Source: Paraphysomonas bandaiensis
Taxonomy: Eukaryota > Protista > Chrysophyceae
DNA length: 64,000 nt
Reading direction: 5' to 3'
Assembly: GCA_965644295.1 (NCBI GenBank)
Contig: CBFFRP010000352.1
Location: forward strand, 186,001 to 250,000
The notes beneath the pieces were generated by a model. That model did not search any database. It had not been told where the DNA came from and was given only the letters and a program-made list of their open reading frames with translations. A program made the translations under genes and the position numbers. Shown one piece after another: positions 59,833 to 64,000 of this stretch. Numbering within the stretch: position 1 is the stretch's first letter; each line of letters opens with the position of its first letter.

Positions 59833-61921
59833 ATGAATGTGAGTGTATGGCTGAGTTCAGTTCAGTGTGTTGTTATTCTAACAGATATAACTATCAGTCA
59901 AATGGAATATCTCGATCCGAACGAAAGACTTTCACAGTGGTTCAGTCGGAGCATTTGCCTGATAGTGGCGATGGAACGAGTGGGATTATAGGCGCATCTT
60001 TTAATTTGGTGAATAGCATTATCGGTGCCGGTATAGTGGCCTTACCATTCGCTGTTAAAGGTTCATTGATATGACTTATTATATAAAATGCTCATATGGT
60101 GTGTACATAGAGTGCGGAATGGTCATGGGAATCACTCTTTTAGTGGTACTTGCCTTCATGATTGACTTCAGTGTGATTGTGTTGGTTGAGTGTGGAATCA
60201 AGACTGGAAAAAAGAACTTAGAGGAACTGTCTTTAAGCCTGTTCGGTGTCGGCGGCTACAATATTGCAGCAATCATTATGTTCTGTTATTCATATGGTTC
60301 TATTATTGCATGTATGGTGGTAATAGGTGACACTGTGCCCTCGTCTCTCCGGCATTTGACTGGAATGAATTCTACTTTCTTCAACAGAGAACTGCTTATG
60401 ACTATTGCAGGGGTCGTAATTATTCTACCTCTCTGTTTACTTCGGAATATTTCATCCTTGTCTTCTGCATCATTTGTTTCTCTTAGTGCCGTACTCTTGC
60501 TAGTTATTATTGTTGCCGTTGCCGGCCCATCTGAAGCCGCAGATCAGGGCCTGGAATTTGATCCTTCTGACGTCACCTTTATGTCGCCATCTATCTTTGG
60601 CAGAATTGGAACAATTTCATTTCACTACGTCTGTCAGCACTCCACGTTTCTCGTATTTCGCAGCCTGAAGTCGCCTACGCTTACTTGTTGGACTGCTGTT
60701 TCTCACCTGTCAATAGCATTTACGTTAGTTATGTCACTATTAATTGCTATTGCTGGCTATGTGTGTTTCGTTGACACAACAATGGGAAATGTACTGAATA
60801 ATTTTTCAGAGACAAGTAAGTTTTCGTATCTATCTGTGGATACATTGTGATAGAACGTATGTGCGCTGTAGGCACTGTTATTACTGTGGCACGGCTGTTC
60901 ATGGCGCTGAATATGATATTCACGGTGCCCATGGAGTGTTTTGTGGTTCGCCATGCGATATTTTCGCTACTAAACAGGTATTAGGACAAGCAACTTTCTA
61001 CAATGTGTTGTACCTTACGAGACATTGCGTTATGACAAGGAGCTTCTTATGTGTAATGATAGTATTTAGAATCGCACTGCAGCGTGTAGTATGTTTCACT
61101 AATGTTGTCGCACAGATACTGTCCCCTTCCGTCGCAAAAGCCCCAACCGATTTTAGCGAACAATACGAATTCCGAGATGAGCTCTTCTCAATTATTTGTC
61201 AGATCCCCGATGCAAGAGTATGTTGAGGAGTCTGACAGTGAATTCGGAGGGATGGATGACGAAGTTGATAGCTCATGGGGTAGCATCACTCCACGTGACC
61301 TACAGGGTACGCTTCTTCCGCCGCCAGATAATGATGAAGCGACGTGGGATTCGACAGCTCATGTGTTGACAACGGTGGTTATATGGACAAGTACGATGGG
61401 ATTTTCTCTTGTTTTCGCTGATGTAGCGGTGGTACTGGAATTTTCTGGTAAGTACTGCGTTATGAGAAGCAAGTATATGGGTAGGGATTTATGTATATAT
61501 GCCATGACTGTATACAATGGATACGCCTTGTGTGCCGTGAAATGTTCTGTGAGTGTGCTGTAACAGTAGGTATCATGCGAAGAACGAGATATTTTTTCAT
61601 TGATGTTGTTCACATCTGGAATTGTGTGTAGGTATACTTACAGCTTCTGTTCTCGGGTATATTTTGCCAGCAGCAATATTCCTCAAGTCTCATGAGACGG
61701 AACTGCGAATTATTCTCTTTTCTGCGGCGCCATGTAAGCAGGAACTTGATAAAGCTACAATAGAATCAATCGTTCAACAGAAACAAGCTTTGCTGTGGAA
61801 GTTCGTGCTTTGTATATGTTTACTAGTTTTAGGTGTCGGATCTTTATTGATTGGAGTGGTAACGGAAACTATAGGAATTGTGCGAGAAAGAGGACGACTA
61901 GACCCTACATCTAATTATTAG
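59833..61921 (+). CDS. Amino-acid transporter, AAAP/SLC38 family (SLC38A11-like; multi-exon)
   Basis: ASFNLVNSIIGAGIVALPFA, ILPLCLLRNISSL, FHYVCQH, GNVLNNF, TVPMECFVVR and ASVLGYILPA. The exact first exon (ATG 59833) is less certain. Confidence 0.94.
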
Positions 61922-62135
61922 ACTTACTGTATGGGAATGGCCCATATGACGATATTTAATTATAAGCAGTTAATTGGAGATTACTTGTCATTTTGAACGA
62001 AGGATATACTAAACACTAAACACTAACATCATAATCTATCGTACCGTCTGAAGATATTACTTAAGTTGTACCATTGTACAGTTTGCACAAATCAATAAGA
62101 TTATCATTAATTTTCTCCTGATTAATACTTTTCTC

Positions 62136-62190
62136 TAGTAATGAATGTCTTATTATTAGCAAAAGGCGTGTAAGGGTCGGAACTAATGTA
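62136..62190 (+). repeat. Short fragment of the dispersed repeat family
   Basis: TAGTAATGAATGTCTTATTATTAGCAAAAGGCGTGTAAGGGTCGGAACTAATGTA versus TAGTAGTGAATGTCTGATCATTAGCAATAGGCGTGTATGATTCAGAACTATTGTA at about 28557. Confidence 0.8.
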
Positions 62191-62429
62191 AATACTTTTC
62201 TCTAGAACAGCCCAAACAGGTAACGTAGCTAGTATGCTACACACCTTTGTGAATCTAAAAGAAGAATAATTAAAATAACGAGAAATTATGTATAAATCGT
62301 ATTTGCTTAACAAGTCGATCACTGCACTTTAACCTACGCACACCTAGAATTACACACACCGAATAAATATCAGTGCAAATACAACTATCGAACACCGTCA
62401 TTTCTATATCATATTGTAAAGTCTAGAAA

Positions 62430-64000
62430 TTATAGCGTATGCTTCCAACAAAACACGCATGAATCTCCTCCGCCACTAATCACCACACTATCACTTGCTA
62501 AAAATGTTGCATCCGTTACACTTGCTGCATGACCACTATATTCTTTAGCGATTGCCGAGGAAGTACATGGGTACTTGAAAAGCTTCAAGTTCCGTGGAAC
62601 AACGCCCCCAGAACCCCCAAGGGCAACCAAAAGGGAATTCGTATCGTTCGATCGATGCACCGAACTGATATGGCAAAGCTCAGCTGCGTTAGGGTTTGCG
62701 GCCTCGCGATTACCATGAGCGTTGTCAGATCCCCCGGTGGGTCCATTAAGAATTCCCTGTATTTATTAGTTCAGAGATCGCTCGAGAGTAATGATTGAAA
62801 ACTCCAATACGAGGAATTCTTTAATACACATCGGCGCACTCACCTTGACAGGATTTCCTAGCGGATTGGACCATGTACACCAAGTAACACCTTTCACACG
62901 TGACCCGCTCAATTGCTTCCCCACTGGGATCTCCCAATAAAGAGTCTCTCTCAGTCCATCAGTCGACTGTAGGATTGTGCCGTCATCAGAAAAATCTAAG
63001 CGAACAATGCCCCCGCTATGACCCCGACAAGAAGCAATACGTTTGTACCCATTCTACATAACTATGGTTAAATTCTTGCTATCATAGCGATATAGCTTTC
63101 ATACATTACAATGTGTACTGATATCAAATACTTCATATACTTACTGGTGGTGTCAACAAATGGATCGTCTTGTCTCGTACTGCAACTGCAAGAATCTCGC
63201 CACCAGGAGAGTATCTCATATCAGTAACCTCACACATGGAATTGTTCTTCTTAGAACCATCCTTTCCTTTCATTTTCGTCCCTACAAATTTGCGTCCAAG
63301 TAGTTCCCATCTTGCCTTTTTCTTGCTGGGGGACGGCTCAGCGCTCATTTCAGAACAGTTTTGCAGATATGTGCAAGTCAGTATTAATACTTCTCCAACT
63401 TCTGTCCCTACTGCAATGGCCCCACCATCTGGAGTGAAAGTAATCGCTGTGGCACAGCTCGCTACACGAGTCAATGCCATTTGAGAGTTTGTCTGGGAAC
63501 TCCAAATACGAATCGTTTTATCCGTTGCAATTGTGGCAAATATGTCTAAAAAAGGATGAGGGTATACCCGCTTAACTCTTCCCACATTTCCATTGACAAT
63601 AGCGTCCAGCCGAATGTCTACTTCGGAAGCTTCATCATGAGAACGCATATTTGCACAATGTAAACCTTTTCCTGTAGCCATGCAAAGAGTATTAGACGTT
63701 GTACCAATGATAACGGATTCCCCATCAAATCCCCACGATGTAGATCGGGGTAAACCGGTCGATACTGAGTGGCTTGAAACATTCACACTTCCAATATGCT
63801 CCATGGGAGATAAATCCCCACTTGGATTGCTACTATCCAAGCTCCATATATTCATCATTCCATCCTTGCCGCATGTGACCACTCGGTGTAGATTACCTGC
63901 CCCTGAACGCTCATCATCAGCTTCAGTGGTGAAGTAATCCAAATCGTATAACGGTCCGTCATGAACTTCTGTGACAACACACAAAAGCTTCCCTCGAGGA
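62430..64000 (-). CDS. EML (echinoderm microtubule-associated protein-like) WD40 protein, 3' part only
   Basis: WD40 repeats, HPFLDIFATIATDKTIRIW, LDFSDDGTILQSTD, WTWSNPLGNPVK-type segment and KLFKYPC...YSGHAASVT...SGGGDSCVFCW, as in EML5/6 C-termini. Confidence 0.9.

Noticed and set aside
50432-61921. Biosynthetic gene cluster (oxygenase, sulfotransferase-like protein, P450, transporter)
   Set aside because: There is no core synthase, the genes are separated by TE debris, and their predicted compartments differ. Proximity alone is not enough.
1-64000. Alternative genetic code, readthrough or non-canonical introns as the cause of fragmented ORFs
   Set aside because: Every break I checked in conserved genes (P4-ATPase, SMC4, CFAP298, Kv, JmjC, BUD31, HAD) is resolved by a short GT-AG intron, and TAA, TAG and TGA all serve as terminal stops.

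Overview
Gene-dense eukaryotic nuclear DNA with short canonical GT-AG introns (mostly about 40-75 nt) and the standard genetic code. A flagellated stramenopile, possibly chrysophyte-like, is inferred from gene content and protein style but not proven. By splicing the ORF fragments by hand I assemble 23 protein-coding genes: P4-ATPase flippase (3'-truncated), a ~2,100-aa coiled-coil protein, SMC4, an RBR E3 ligase, a BTB/KCTD protein, a secreted Cys-rich protein, CFAP298, a YrhK-repeat membrane protein, a possible SPIDR-like OB-fold protein, an AP2-domain protein, a small membrane protein, a Kv channel, a HAD phosphatase, an F-box/JmjC protein, BUD31, an EGLN-like 2OG-Fe(II) oxygenase, a YHYH protein, a sulfotransferase-like protein, a cytochrome P450, an SLC38-like transporter, an EML-type WD40 protein (5'-truncated) and two hypotheticals. 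The most striking structure is organisational. Eighteen of the 23 genes form nine head-to-head pairs, eight of them with start codons about 390-560 bp apart, and most spacers carry an ACTGCTGYA-type motif in TACA-rich DNA. Mobile-element debris lies only outside these spacers: a five-fragment hairpin-rich dispersed repeat, hAT and Copia remnants, a MITE and a CCTATAGG array. I recognised no rRNA, tRNA or CRISPR array. Coordinates were read by eye, and product calls rest on recalled motifs, not database searches.
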